A stretch of 64,000 nucleotides of DNA from Thermoanaerobaculia bacterium (GCA_044226625.1 JBGAGQ010000013.1:53288-117287), one strand, 5' to 3'. Positions 18,769 through 31,041 are shown, counted from the stretch's first letter. The notes: generated by a model not told the origin, from the sequence alone. Numbers and translations are program-made.

Positions 18769-21153
18769 ATGGGAATGGAGATCGCGTTGGAAGGGGCTTT
18801 CGTGGCGGTGATCGCCGGAGAGATCGGCTGTCGCCCCGCTCAAGTCGAGGCGGCGGCCGCGCTGTTCGCCGAGGGTGCGACGGTTCCGTTCGTCGCGCGC
18901 TACCGGAAGGAGGCGACCGGCGGGCTGGACGACGGCCAGCTCGAAAGCCTGTTCAAGCGCCGCAGCTATTTTCTCGAGCTCGCCGCGCGGCGTGACGCGA
19001 TCCTTGCGAGCATCGCCGAGCAAGGAAAGCTGACCCCGGAGCTCGAAACCGCGATCCGTTCGACGTTGGCCAAGCAGGAGCTCGAAGATCTCTACCTGCC
19101 CTATCGGCCCAAGCGGCGGACCCGGGCTCAGATCGCTCGGGAGCGCGGGCTCGAGCCGCTCGCCGATGCTCTCCTCGAAGCGGCCTCCGGCACATCCGCC
19201 GCGGCCGACGTAGCCGCCCCGTTCGTTCAACCGGAACTCGGCGTCCAGGACGCGGCGGCGGCGCTCGGGGGGGCGCGCGACATCCTGGCCGAGCGCCTCT
19301 CGGAGACCGCCGAGTTGCGCTCCGCGCTGCGCCGGACGCTCGCGCTCGAAGGTATCTTCAAAGTTCAGGTCCTCCCCGGCAAGGAAACCGCCGAAGAGGC
19401 CGCGGTCTACCGCGACTACTTCGCCTATTCCGAGCGAGCCCGGGACGCCAAGTCCCACCGCCTGCTGGCGATCCTCCGCAGCGAGCGCGAAGGTTTCCTG
19501 ATCTCCGATCTCTCGATCCCCGACGAGCCGGAAGTCGAGCGCCTCGCGCGGTGGTTCGGCGTTCCCCTCGACACTCCCTGCGGCCGCGAGGTGGCGGCGG
19601 CCGCCGCGGACGGGTACAAGCGCCTGCTCCGCCCGTCGCTGACCAATGAGGTGCGAAGCGAGCTGCGCGAGCGGGCGGAAGCCGAGGCGATCGCGGTCTT
19701 CCGGGTGAATCTCGAGGCGCTGCTCCTCCAGCCGCCGCTCGGACAGGTCCCGGTGATCGGCCTCGATCCCGGCTTGCGGACCGGCTGCAAGCTGGCTCTG
19801 GTCGACGGGACGGGGAGAGTTCTCGCGACCGAGGTCCTGCGCCCTCTGCCGCCGCACTCCGACGTTGCGGGCTCCGCACGGGCGCTCGTTGGGCTGATCG
19901 CCCGCCATGGCGTGAAAGCGGTGGCCATCGGCAACGGCACGGCCGGGCGGGAGACCGAACGTTTCGCCCGCACCGCGATCGAGGAAGCGGGAATTTCCGG
20001 CGTGACGGTCGCGATCGTGCCGGAGACCGGCGCTTCGATCTACTCCGCGTCGGGGGTCGCCCGCGAAGAGCTTCCCGATCTCGACGTCTCTCTGCGGGGT
20101 GCGGTCTCGATCGCCCGGCGGCTCCAGGACCCGCTCGCCGAGCTGGTGAAGATCGAGCCTCGCTCGCTCGGAGTCGGCCAGTATCAACACGACGTCGACC
20201 AGCGAGCTCTGGAGACCGAGCTCGACGCGGCGGTCGAAGGGGCGGTCAACCGCGTCGGCGTCGAGCTCAACACGGCGTCGGCGCCGCTGCTCCGGAGAGT
20301 GTCCGGCCTCTCGGAACGGATCGCGCGCTCGATCGTCTCCTACCGCGACGCGCAGGGGGCGTTTCCGTCTCGGCGAAAGCTGCTCGAGGTCGCCGGGTTC
20401 GGGGCGAAGACCTTCGAGCTGGCCGCCGGCTTCCTGCGAATCCGCGAGGGGAGCCATCCCCTCGATCGGACCGCCGTCCATCCCGAGCGGTACCCGGTCG
20501 TCGAGCGAATGGCCAAGGAGCTCGGCGTGCCTCTGACCGAGCTGGTCGGAAATCCCCACATGGCGGCGAAGGTCGAGATCGCCCGTTTTCTCGATGCTTC
20601 CAGCGGTCTGGGCACCTTCACCTTGGCGGACATCCAGACCGAGCTCGCCCGGCCCGGCCGGGATCCGCGACCGGAGTTTTCGGTACCGGAGTGGCGCGCG
20701 GACGTGACCTCGATCGACGACCTCGTGACCGGCATGGTGCTCGAGGGGCGCGTCTCCAACGTCACCAATTTCGGCGCGTTCGTCGACGTAGGGATCAAGC
20801 GCGACGGTCTGGTCCACGTTTCCGAGCTCAGCCATCGCTTCATCGCCGATCCGCGCGAGGCGGTCAAGGTGGGGGACGTGGTGAAAGCGCAGGTGATGGA
20901 GGTCGACAAGGCCCGCGGCCGCTTCGGTTTGTCGATCAAGGCGCTCCTGCCGCCGCCGGCCGAGATACCTCGGTCGACCACCGGCAGCGCCGATCGGAGC
21001 GGGGCGCATCGGACCCGCGGCCCGGTGCCTGCGCCTCAGCCGGTCGGAGCGCCGTCGCCCCCGCGCCGAAATCCGGCCGCTAAGGCTCCGGTTTCGCCGG
21101 CCGTTCCCGCGCCGACCCTGGACGACCTCAAGAAGAAGTTTCGCCGCGTCTAG
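18769..21153 (+). CDS. tex: Tex-family transcription accessory protein with S1 domain
   Basis: TVPFVARYRKEATG, EDLYLPYRPKRRT, GLDPGLRTGCK, GVGQYQHDV and S1 NFGAFVDVG. Confidence 0.96.
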   Translation: MGMEIALEGAFVAVIAGEIGCRPAQVEAAAALFAEGATVPFVARYRKEATGGLDDGQLESLFKRRSYFLELAARRDAILASIAEQGKLTPELETAIRSTLAKQELEDLYLPYRPKRRTRAQIARERGLEPLADALLEAASGTSAAADVAAPFVQPELGVQDAAAALGGARDILAERLSETAELRSALRRTLALEGIFKVQVLPGKETAEEAAVYRDYFAYSERARDAKSHRLLAILRSEREGFLISDLSIPDEPEVERLARWFGVPLDTPCGREVAAAAADGYKRLLRPSLTNEVRSELRERAEAEAIAVFRVNLEALLLQPPLGQVPVIGLDPGLRTGCKLALVDGTGRVLATEVLRPLPPHSDVAGSARALVGLIARHGVKAVAIGNGTAGRETERFARTAIEEAGISGVTVAIVPETGASIYSASGVAREELPDLDVSLRGAVSIARRLQDPLAELVKIEPRSLGVGQYQHDVDQRALETELDAAVEGAVNRVGVELNTASAPLLRRVSGLSERIARSIVSYRDAQGAFPSRRKLLEVAGFGAKTFELAAGFLRIREGSHPLDRTAVHPERYPVVERMAKELGVPLTELVGNPHMAAKVEIARFLDASSGLGTFTLADIQTELARPGRDPRPEFSVPEWRADVTSIDDLVTGMVLEGRVSNVTNFGAFVDVGIKRDGLVHVSELSHRFIADPREAVKVGDVVKAQVMEVDKARGRFGLSIKALLPPPAEIPRSTTGSADRSGAHRTRGPVPAPQPVGAPSPPRRNPAAKAPVSPAVPAPTLDDLKKKFRRV

Positions 21154-21333
21154 CCCGAACTTCTCACCGGGTTTCTGCTGCGGCGGAACATCTGCCGGCG
21201 TCTGCTGCGTTGCGCTCGTTCGGACTCCTCGACGGAGTGTCAACTACGCCTACGTCGTCCTCCCTTCGCGCGCCTTGCATTCACCGGCATCTTTTCCGCC
21301 TCGCGACGAAGCCCGGTGAGAAATCCGGGCTAG
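21150..21333. mobile_element. 184-bp MITE-like palindromic element, copy 2
   Basis: About 10 mismatches to 6308-6491 by eye. CTAG at both ends; the left TAG is the tex stop codon. Confidence 0.85.
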
Positions 21334-21344
21334 CGAGCGGACGG

Positions 21345-23972
21345 TCAGCGCACCAGGCGCTCGGTGCCCCCAACGCGGGTGAGTCGCACCGAAGTCCGCG
21401 ACTCGTGGCCGGAGAAATCGGTGGCCACGGCGATCACCTCGATCGCCTCGTTGCGGTGGATGCTCGGGGGGATTTCGACCTCGTAGCGCAGGCCGATCTT
21501 TTCCGCCTTCAACCGGCGGCGGCCGGCGAAGATCTCGACGTTGGCGACCCGGAAATCGTCGGTCACGTGGAAACCCAAGGTCGCCACCGTGCCGCGGAAA
21601 AAGCGGGTGTCGTAGCCGCCGGAGAGCTCGACCGCCGGAGGGTTGGCGTCGATGCGGGCCAGCATGTCGGTCAGCTTCTTTTCCGCGTCGGCAAAGCGCG
21701 CGGCGAGGTGAGGCGTGGGCGAGAACTTGCGCAGCTCGGCGAGGCCTTCGTCGGGGCGCCGGCGCGAGAGATAGCGCGGCACGGTCGTGAGGAAGGCCTC
21801 CTGGCCGGCTTCGAGGCTCTGCGCTTTTTGATAGCCGGCGATCCGCTCGCGCAGCCCAGAACGGTTCGGCCACTGGTTGAGCAGCGGCGAGAGGTCCGCC
21901 TGCGCTTGCGGGTACTCGCCGTTTGCGGCGTGGTCTTCGGCCCGGCGCTCGATCGCCTGCGCCGCCTGCTCGCGCAACCCGAACGCCGGGCTGTCCGTCG
22001 GCAGGAGCACCGCGAGCGGGGCAAAGCGCTCGAGCACTTGTTCGGGATGCCCGGCGGTCGAAGCCTGCTCGACCTCGCCGAACATCCGGACGATCTCGCG
22101 CGCTCGCGCGACATCGGCCGAAAAAGCCGGGCTCGTGCCGGGCAGGGCGGTCGGGTCGGGGACGGCGGAGAGGATTCGACGAAGGAGCTCGACGCTGCCG
22201 GTCTCGAGCGCGCGCGAGAGGTCGGCGGGGAGTTGCTCGGAAGCGACCCGCGGTACGGTCTCGGAGAGCACCTGGAGCTCCAGACAGCCGCGCGGTCCGA
22301 GCACACTCTGGTCCGCGACGTCAAAAGTTTCGAGCAGCTCGTGGGCTCGGCCGTAGTCCCCCTCGGCGAGCGCGCGTTTGGCCGCTTCCAGCCGGACCGT
22401 GGCGGGCTCTTTGGCGGGGGACTGTGGAAGCGCCGGAGGTGGCGGCGGCGGGGGCGGCGCGGGCTCTCGTTCAGGAAGCAGGCGCCAGACGAGCAAGCCG
22501 CCACCGATCAGGAGTACTGCTGCGCCTGCGCCGAGAGCCCACTTCGGAATTCGGATCGGCGGCTTGTCGGCGGCGGCCGCCGCGCGGAACGGTCCGCCGG
22601 TCTGCGGCGGCGGGACGGGCGCTTTCACCTCGGCCGTCTCGGTCACGGCTGCCGCGACGGCGGCTGGCAGCGGAGTGGGAGCCGGGGTGTAGTTGCCGAG
22701 CACGGCCGGGGGACCGAGCGCGTCGAAGTCGATGTCGGGAAGCAGGCTTCCCCCGCTCGCTTCGGTGGAGGCCTCCGTTGGAGCTGGAGCGGGCGTTAAA
22801 GAGGGTGTCGGGCGTTCGGCCGCGACGCCGACCGCCGGCCGCGAAACCGGCGGGAAAGTCGGCTCGGCCGGGGCGAGCCGCGGTGGCGTGGCGACCGGGG
22901 GAATCGGTCCCAGCGCGGCCGGGAACGCGAGAGGCGGCGGAGCGACCCGGCTCGGAACCAGGGGTTCCGGAAGCGGTCGCGCCTCGACCGGTTGCGTCTT
23001 GTCGAGCAGCGCCTCGGCGTCCGTCTCGACGTCGACCGCCGAAAGGAGAGGCTGGAGCGGCTCGTTCGGCTCGCCAGGCTCCGTCAACGCGGGGGCCGTG
23101 GGCGGCGGCGGAGCGGCAGCCGAGGTCGGCGCTTTCGGTTGTGGTTTGGGCCGCGGCGTCCAGGCTGGCTCGGGCTCGAAGCCTTTGCCGAGCGATCCCT
23201 TGAGGGCACGCCGGACCTCCTCCGCGGAGCCGGGGCGATCCTCGGGACGAGCCCGGAGGCAGGCGGCGAGGATGCTCTGCAAGAGGTCGGTGCGCTCGAT
23301 CTCGAAGCTGAAGGGCAAGGAGACGCGCGGCATCGGCCCTTCGGCGTCGGCGATCTCGGCTCCTAGAACCTCGGCGAGCGACCTCGCGAGCGAATAGAGA
23401 TCGCCGCGCAGGCTGGGCGCTCCGCCGGCTGCCTCCTCCGGAGCGCGAAAACGCGCGCCCGCCGTGCGGTCGGGCACGCCCGCGCGCCGGAAGGAGGCGG
23501 AGCCGAGGCCGGAAAGTCGGATTCTCTGGCCGACCGCTCCGGCGGGGATCTCGACCAGCAAGTTCTCCGGCGAGAGATTGCCGTGGGCGACGCCGTGTGC
23601 CGCGAGCGCCTCGATCCCCCCCAGGGCCTGCGTGGCAAGCGAGGTGATTCGACGGTGAGACGTGCCGGCGAGGCCGGCAAAACTCCGGCCGTCGATCAGC
23701 TCCAGGACCAGGAAGGCGAAGCCGTCGGTCGTGTATCCCCAGTCCGTCACCGCCGGGATCGAGGGCACGTCGATCGCCTCGACCGCCGTGGCGAACGCGG
23801 CGAATCGCTGGAGACCGGCAGGGTCGGAGCCGGGATTTAGCAGCTTCACCGCCACCGGCCGTCCGACCTCGGTGTCGACGGCCCGGAGCAGGGTTGCGCT
23901 GGCGCCCGACTTCAGGATTCGTTCCAGGCGGTAGCGGTCGGCGATCTCGCGCGGCGGACGGGGAAGGCTCAT
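21345..23972 (-). CDS. Membrane-anchored Ser/Thr kinase-like protein (probable pseudokinase)
   Basis: VAVK, HGNLSPEN, APEE and GDLYS, then a Pro-rich linker, one TM helix and an external helical domain. Confidence 0.82.
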   Translation of the reverse strand: MSLPRPPREIADRYRLERILKSGASATLLRAVDTEVGRPVAVKLLNPGSDPAGLQRFAAFATAVEAIDVPSIPAVTDWGYTTDGFAFLVLELIDGRSFAGLAGTSHRRITSLATQALGGIEALAAHGVAHGNLSPENLLVEIPAGAVGQRIRLSGLGSASFRRAGVPDRTAGARFRAPEEAAGGAPSLRGDLYSLARSLAEVLGAEIADAEGPMPRVSLPFSFEIERTDLLQSILAACLRARPEDRPGSAEEVRRALKGSLGKGFEPEPAWTPRPKPQPKAPTSAAAPPPPTAPALTEPGEPNEPLQPLLSAVDVETDAEALLDKTQPVEARPLPEPLVPSRVAPPPLAFPAALGPIPPVATPPRLAPAEPTFPPVSRPAVGVAAERPTPSLTPAPAPTEASTEASGGSLLPDIDFDALGPPAVLGNYTPAPTPLPAAVAAAVTETAEVKAPVPPPQTGGPFRAAAAADKPPIRIPKWALGAGAAVLLIGGGLLVWRLLPEREPAPPPPPPPPALPQSPAKEPATVRLEAAKRALAEGDYGRAHELLETFDVADQSVLGPRGCLELQVLSETVPRVASEQLPADLSRALETGSVELLRRILSAVPDPTALPGTSPAFSADVARAREIVRMFGEVEQASTAGHPEQVLERFAPLAVLLPTDSPAFGLREQAAQAIERRAEDHAANGEYPQAQADLSPLLNQWPNRSGLRERIAGYQKAQSLEAGQEAFLTTVPRYLSRRRPDEGLAELRKFSPTPHLAARFADAEKKLTDMLARIDANPPAVELSGGYDTRFFRGTVATLGFHVTDDFRVANVEIFAGRRRLKAEKIGLRYEVEIPPSIHRNEAIEVIAVATDFSGHESRTSVRLTRVGGTERLVR

Positions 23973-24130
23973 TGTTGTTTCTCGATGAACGCAAGCGGAG
24001 TCTAGCCGAAGGGCGACCGCCGGGCGAGATCGGACCCGGGTCGCGGGCGCGGCGCGGTCGGAAGCGATCGGCCAAAACCCTGTGCTACGCTCGGTTCAAG
24101 CGTTCTGCTTTCGTACTCAAGGAGGGTGAC

Positions 24131-24667
24131 ATGAAGGAGAGGTTTCCCCAGGAGGTCGTGCTGCGCAACGGCACGCGTCTGCTCTTACGCCTGTTCAAGG
24201 AGGGGGACGCCGAGTCCCTGTTCCAGTTCTTTCAGCGCCTGCCGGTCGACGTCCGGCGTTTCGCCTGGGACCGGATCGACAATCGGGCGCTCGTCGACCG
24301 CTGGGAGACCGAGCTCGACTACTCGAAGGTCCTTCCCATCCTCGCCTTCGACGGCCCGAAGGTCGTCGCCGACGCGACGCTCCATTTCCGCGACGGCGGT
24401 CCGTTGCGGCTGGTCGGCCGGATCAAGTGGCTGATCGACCCGGAGTACCGCGGTCATGGCCTCGGCACGGTGCTGGTCAACGACTTCATCCGGATCGCCC
24501 GGAGCAACGGCCTGCGCCACCTCACGTGCATGCTGATCTCCGACCTCGAGGCCGATGCCGTGGAGACCCTGGGCGGGCTGGGGTTCCAAAGCCATGTGAT
24601 CAGCGGCTACGGCACCGATCCGGATGGCAATCAGCACGACATGACCAAGATGGTGCTCAAGCTCTGA
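24131..24667 (+). CDS. GNAT-family acetyltransferase
   Basis: PEYRGHGLGT acetyl-CoA motif; AAGGAGGG RBS before ATG 24131. Confidence 0.88.
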   Translation: MKERFPQEVVLRNGTRLLLRLFKEGDAESLFQFFQRLPVDVRRFAWDRIDNRALVDRWETELDYSKVLPILAFDGPKVVADATLHFRDGGPLRLVGRIKWLIDPEYRGHGLGTVLVNDFIRIARSNGLRHLTCMLISDLEADAVETLGGLGFQSHVISGYGTDPDGNQHDMTKMVLKL

Positions 24668-24852
24668 TCTTCCGCAGGTCTCCGCGCCTTCATGGCCGCG
24701 CGGAGACCTCCTTCACCTCCGAGCGAAACCCGCAGTACCCCGTGGAGCGCCGCCCCTCGCGACGAGGGCTCGGGTAGAATCCTGCCCCCGCGAGCTCCGT
24801 CCCGCTCGCCCCCGCATTCCGAATCCGAAGAAGGGAAAGACGAAGGAGCACC

Positions 24853-26538
<1,686 letters not shown>

Positions 26539-26612
26539 GATTCCCGGCAGTCGAGCGACCTCCCGTCAGGCTCGGGCTTCGGAGCGCGTCTTCGGAGCCC
26601 GGCCGTCCAGCC

Positions 26613-29057
26613 TCAGAGCATCTCGAGGTTCGCGAATTTCGCGACCAGTTTGCGCTTGCCCGCCTTGTCGAAGAAGACGGTGATCTTCGCGTCTTCTCCC
26701 TGCCCGTCCATCTCGAGCACCACGCCTTGACCGAGCGTCGGATGGCGGACGCGGCTGCCGCGTTTGACCGGCCGGCGCGGCATGACGTCCGGGTCGGGCT
26801 CGAGAGTCCTCTCCCGAAATCCTGGAGGAGCCGCGGGCGGCTTTGAGGTGCCGGAGGGCCGGGACGGCGCGTAAGGCGGCGAGCTCGCGGGGCGTCCCGA
26901 ATAGCTCGAGCGAGAGGACTCTCCCGGACGCGCTCCTGCGGGGCTCCCGCCGTGTCCTCCGGAACGTGCGTCCGAGGGGTAGCGCGATTCGGGCACGGCC
27001 GGGGCGATCGGTCCGGCGGTTCCCCCCGTGTTCCCTTGGCCGAAGAAGGAGTAGATGCCCGCGCTCGCCTGGGAAAACTGCGGCGAGAAGCGCTCGCTGC
27101 CGAACAGCTCCGGGCTCCGGGTGACGATCAGGAGCTCCTCCGGGAGCTCGCCCAAGAACGCCGATTCGAGCTGATCCTGGTAACGCCCCGCGATCCGCCG
27201 CCGCCGGCAGCTGGTCAGGTAGAGCCGCTCGCGCGCCCGGGTCATTCCGACGTAGAGCAGCCGGCGTTCCTCTTCGAGGTTCTCGCGCGCGCCTTGCGAG
27301 TTGAAGTGGGGGAGCAGCCCGTCTTCGAGCCCCGCGACCACGACGGCTCGGAATTCGAGCCCCTTGGCGCTGTGGAGCGTCATCAGGGACACGCCTTTTT
27401 CCCCCTCCCAGCTGTCCAGGTCGGCGACCAGCGAGACGTGGTCCAGGAACGCGGTGAGGAGATCCTCGTCGGAGGCCGCGTTGTAGCCGTTCGCCTCGGT
27501 GAACTCCTGCGCCGCTGACAGGAACTCCTGGATGTTTTCCAGGCGCGCCTTGTCCTCGTCGTCCCCCCGCCCGTAGAGGTCGAGATAGCCGGTCGCCGCG
27601 AGCAGCCGGTCGAGCAGCGCGGGCAGCGGCAGCTCGGCGGCCGCCTTCTGCAAGCCGCGGATCAGGTCGCGGAACTTGGCGACCGCGGTGGCGCTCCGCG
27701 CCGGCAGGTGCCCGAGGTCGTCGAGCGCGATCACGTCCCAGAGCGGCTGAGAGAGCTCGGCCGCGCGTTGCTCGAGCATCCCCTGCGTCGACTTGCCGAG
27801 ACCGCGAGGCGGCTGGTTGAAGATCCGCCCGAGCGACAAGCTGTCGTGCGGGTTGCGCAGGACCTTCAAGTAGGCGACCAGGTCTTTGATCTCGGCGCGC
27901 TCGTAGAAGCGGGTACCGCCGACCAGGGTGTAGGGGATCGCCCGCTTGAGCAGCTCTTCCTCGATGGAACGGGTCTGGGCGTTCGTCCGCACCAGGACCG
28001 CGAGATCCTGCCAGCGCATCTGATCGCGCAGCTTCTGGAGCTTGCCGACCGTCCAGCGCGCTTCGTCCGACTCGTCGGCCGCCTTGTAGAGCTCGACTTT
28101 CGTTCCGGGCCCGGCCTCGGTCCAAAGCCGCTTGCCGCGCCGGTGGACGTTGTGGGCGACCAAGGCGCCGGAGATGTCGAGGATCGTCTGCGTCGAGCGG
28201 TAGTTCCGCTCCAGCTTGCGGATCGCCGCCCCCGGAAACGACCGCTCGAAATCGAGGATGTTGTCGATGTCCGCGCCGCGCCAGCGATAGATCCCCTGGT
28301 CCTCGTCGCCCACGGCGGTGAGGTTGCCGTCCTCGGCGATCAGCTCCTGGATCAATCGCAACTGAGCGTGGTTGGTGTCCTGATACTCGTCGACCAGCAG
28401 ATACCTCGTGCGCGCCCGGATCCGCTGGCGGAGCTCCTCCTCCCGAGACAGAAGCCGGACCGAGAGCGCGAGCATGTCGTCGAAATCGATTCCCCCCGCC
28501 TGTTGGAGCAACCCCTGGTAGCGCCGGTAGAGCTGGGCCACCTTGCGTTGGAAGAAATTGTCGACGGTCTTCTCGTAGGCCGCTGGGTCGAGCAGACGGT
28601 TCTTCGCCGAGCTGATCTCGGCGAGCACCGCGCGGGGCGCGAACGCCTTTTCCGAAAGCCCTTCGAGCGTGAGCGCCTGTTTGATCACGTTCTGCTGATC
28701 CTGAGTGTCCAGGATCGAAAAGTCGCGTCGCAGGCTCAGTCGCTCGCCATAGCGCCGGAGGAGGACGAGCGCGTAGCGGTGGAACGTCCCCACGAAGGTC
28801 GGGATGGGATGCATGCCGAGCAGGTCTTCCACCCGCTCCTTCATCTCCCCGGCGGCTTTGTTGGTGAAGGTCATCGCGACGATTTGCGAGGGATCGACCC
28901 CCATCTCGTCGGCGAGCCAGGCGATCCGGTAAGTGATCACCCGGGTCTTTCCCGAGCCGGCGCCCGCCAGGACCAGCTGCGGGCCTTCGCCGTGGGTGAC
29001 CGCGGCGATCTGCTCCGGGTTCAGCTGTCGTTCGAGGTCGAGCGGGCGTCCGCGCAT
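26613..29057 (-). CDS. pcrA: SF1 DNA helicase PcrA/UvrD
   Basis: AGAGSGKT, DEYQDTN, VGDEDQ, NYRST, TLHSAKGLEF, EERRLLYVGMTRA and a C-terminal Tudor-like domain. Confidence 0.93.
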   Translation of the reverse strand: MRGRPLDLERQLNPEQIAAVTHGEGPQLVLAGAGSGKTRVITYRIAWLADEMGVDPSQIVAMTFTNKAAGEMKERVEDLLGMHPIPTFVGTFHRYALVLLRRYGERLSLRRDFSILDTQDQQNVIKQALTLEGLSEKAFAPRAVLAEISSAKNRLLDPAAYEKTVDNFFQRKVAQLYRRYQGLLQQAGGIDFDDMLALSVRLLSREEELRQRIRARTRYLLVDEYQDTNHAQLRLIQELIAEDGNLTAVGDEDQGIYRWRGADIDNILDFERSFPGAAIRKLERNYRSTQTILDISGALVAHNVHRRGKRLWTEAGPGTKVELYKAADESDEARWTVGKLQKLRDQMRWQDLAVLVRTNAQTRSIEEELLKRAIPYTLVGGTRFYERAEIKDLVAYLKVLRNPHDSLSLGRIFNQPPRGLGKSTQGMLEQRAAELSQPLWDVIALDDLGHLPARSATAVAKFRDLIRGLQKAAAELPLPALLDRLLAATGYLDLYGRGDDEDKARLENIQEFLSAAQEFTEANGYNAASDEDLLTAFLDHVSLVADLDSWEGEKGVSLMTLHSAKGLEFRAVVVAGLEDGLLPHFNSQGARENLEEERRLLYVGMTRARERLYLTSCRRRRIAGRYQDQLESAFLGELPEELLIVTRSPELFGSERFSPQFSQASAGIYSFFGQGNTGGTAGPIAPAVPESRYPSDARSGGHGGSPAGARPGESSRSSYSGRPASSPPYAPSRPSGTSKPPAAPPGFRERTLEPDPDVMPRRPVKRGSRVRHPTLGQGVVLEMDGQGEDAKITVFFDKAGKRKLVAKFANLEML

Positions 29058-29115
29058 GAGGCCGGCAAGTCTCTCGGATGGGGGCGCGGAAGGCAAGGAC
29101 TTGGGCGATGAGACG

Positions 29116-29147
29116 AAAAAGGGCCGGAGCGGAAGACCGCTCCGGCC
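29116..29147 (-). terminator. Intrinsic terminator downstream of secreted paralog A
   Basis: 11-bp stem GGCCGGAGCGG/CCGCTCCGGCC plus a U-tract on the minus strand. Confidence 0.75.
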
Positions 29148-29241
29148 AGATCGATCCAACTTGCGCCCGCCCCTCCGAGAAAGGCCGTGATGACCGCCTG
29201 GGCAACCGCTTGGATCGAACCCTTCAGGCGAACGTACAGCC

Positions 29242-31041
29242 CTACTTCCGACCGCCTTTTTTCTGGTAACCGAACCCCATATGCGGCGTGGCGTTCAGGG
29301 TCAACGTGAGCGTCGCGGAATCTCCACCGGTGGTCGAGACCTTGCCGTAGAGCGGACCGCCGGGGGCGAAATTGTCGGCCGCGATGCGCACCTCATATCC
29401 GCCGAGCTCGTCGACCCCGAAGCAGACCAGGCCGTTCAAATCGGTGCCCCGCGCTGCGGCTGTGCAGGCGGTCCAGTCCGGGCTCGTCCGGTCACCGGTT
29501 CGGGTCGTGGCGAGAACCGCGCCGTCGCTCGGGCGGACGAGCTCGACTCGCACTCCGGCGATTCCGGAATCGGCCGGGTCCAGCCGGCCGACCTTGCCGC
29601 CGTCGGACCAGACGGTGCCGGTCACCACCTCGGCCGAGAGGTCGGGGCAGGCCGGTGCGGTCGGCACGTCGTCGAGATCCTCACCCGGAAGCGGCTCGCG
29701 GGTCGGACGGGTGGCGCAGATCGCGCCGTCCCACAGGACCGGGTTGCCGATGTCCAGGCCCACGATCTTCACCTTCCAGGTTCCGGCCGGCAACGTCGCC
29801 TCGCCGTACACGTGGTCCGCCATCGAAGCGACCGGCGAGGCCGAGCTGGCGATCAGGAACTGCTCCCACTCGTTCGAGCCGGAGGGATTGTCGTCGAAGT
29901 AGGTGTTTCCGAGCGGGTCGGTGACCTCGTAGCGCACGCAACCCACGCCGTTCGGATCGCCGATCTCGCCACGGCGGAGCTCGTCCATCGGGTTGTCGTC
30001 CGGCGGCGATCCGGGTCCCTGCGCGCCTTCGGCGGTTGCCTCATGGGTCACGAACGGGACGCCGTCGTAATCCGCCGCGGTGTCCGGGTCGTCGTCGTCC
30101 GTGCATGCGTCCAGCGAGATTCCCGAGGGATTCGCGACGAGCCCGTCCGTTCCGAAATCGAAGTCGCCGTCGAACGACCGAACCTCGGTCGCGCCCTCCG
30201 CCACCTCGAACGACATCTCGAACGTGCCGTCGTAGCTCACCGGGACCGGCGCCGAGGACGAGACGAGAGATTTCTTTCCGCCCCGATGGACCAGGGCTTC
30301 GTCGTCCACCGTCTGGCAGATTTCCCCCACCAGGCTGAAATGGTCGAGCCGCATCGTCGCCGGGGACGACACCGCAAGCTTGAAGTTGCTCTCCATCGCC
30401 TCGCCCGGATAGCAGTCGCCGTCGCTTTCGACGACCAGGTTGTAGAAGTAGTTCCCGCTCGGCGCTTCCGCCTCGACGGAAGGGGTGATCTCGAGCGACC
30501 ACCAGTCGTTGTCGGCCATCCAGGCCGAGGAGGCGGTCCAGGTCGAGCCCGTGGTGGGGTTCTCGGAGTTGCTGAACCATTCGCCGAGCAGGTTGGCGGG
30601 ATCCATGCTGCCCTGCCGGAGCGGATCGGCGTAGAGGGAGAATTTGATCGGATGGTTTCCGGCGTCCCAGTGCCGCTTGCTGAACACGTCGAAGTTTCCC
30701 GTATCGCCGTCGAACACGTTCAGCGTGAACGTCGTGGTACGTGCCGGAACGCCGAGCGTGATGCGCGGCCGCTGATCGATCGCCTCCGTGCTCGGACAGC
30801 CCAAGGTGAGGAACCGCGCGTCCGTCGTGCTCTGCGAGGGGAACGACGCGAACGGGGCGGTACCTTGTTGCGCCGTGAGGGGAGCGGCGGCGATCAGGCC
30901 GACGATGCCGAGGACCATGAGCGGCGACCTTCGGACTCGGACGGCCCGACGATCTTTGCTGCTCGGGTACGCGCGCTCCTCGGTAGTGCACGACACGCGA
31001 GCGAACCAATTGAAAACCGAAGAATTCCCGAGCTCTTTCAT
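29242..31041 (-). CDS. Secreted acidic protein of unknown family with C-terminal SdrD-B/CnaB-like domain (paralog A)
   Basis: GAGGAG RBS before ATG 31041, signal-like segment, end-to-end similarity to 44489-46258, GTVWSD...SGIAGVRVEL. Confidence 0.8.
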   Translation of the reverse strand: MKELGNSSVFNWFARVSCTTEERAYPSSKDRRAVRVRRSPLMVLGIVGLIAAAPLTAQQGTAPFASFPSQSTTDARFLTLGCPSTEAIDQRPRITLGVPARTTTFTLNVFDGDTGNFDVFSKRHWDAGNHPIKFSLYADPLRQGSMDPANLLGEWFSNSENPTTGSTWTASSAWMADNDWWSLEITPSVEAEAPSGNYFYNLVVESDGDCYPGEAMESNFKLAVSSPATMRLDHFSLVGEICQTVDDEALVHRGGKKSLVSSSAPVPVSYDGTFEMSFEVAEGATEVRSFDGDFDFGTDGLVANPSGISLDACTDDDDPDTAADYDGVPFVTHEATAEGAQGPGSPPDDNPMDELRRGEIGDPNGVGCVRYEVTDPLGNTYFDDNPSGSNEWEQFLIASSASPVASMADHVYGEATLPAGTWKVKIVGLDIGNPVLWDGAICATRPTREPLPGEDLDDVPTAPACPDLSAEVVTGTVWSDGGKVGRLDPADSGIAGVRVELVRPSDGAVLATTRTGDRTSPDWTACTAAARGTDLNGLVCFGVDELGGYEVRIAADNFAPGGPLYGKVSTTGGDSATLTLTLNATPHMGFGYQKKGGRK

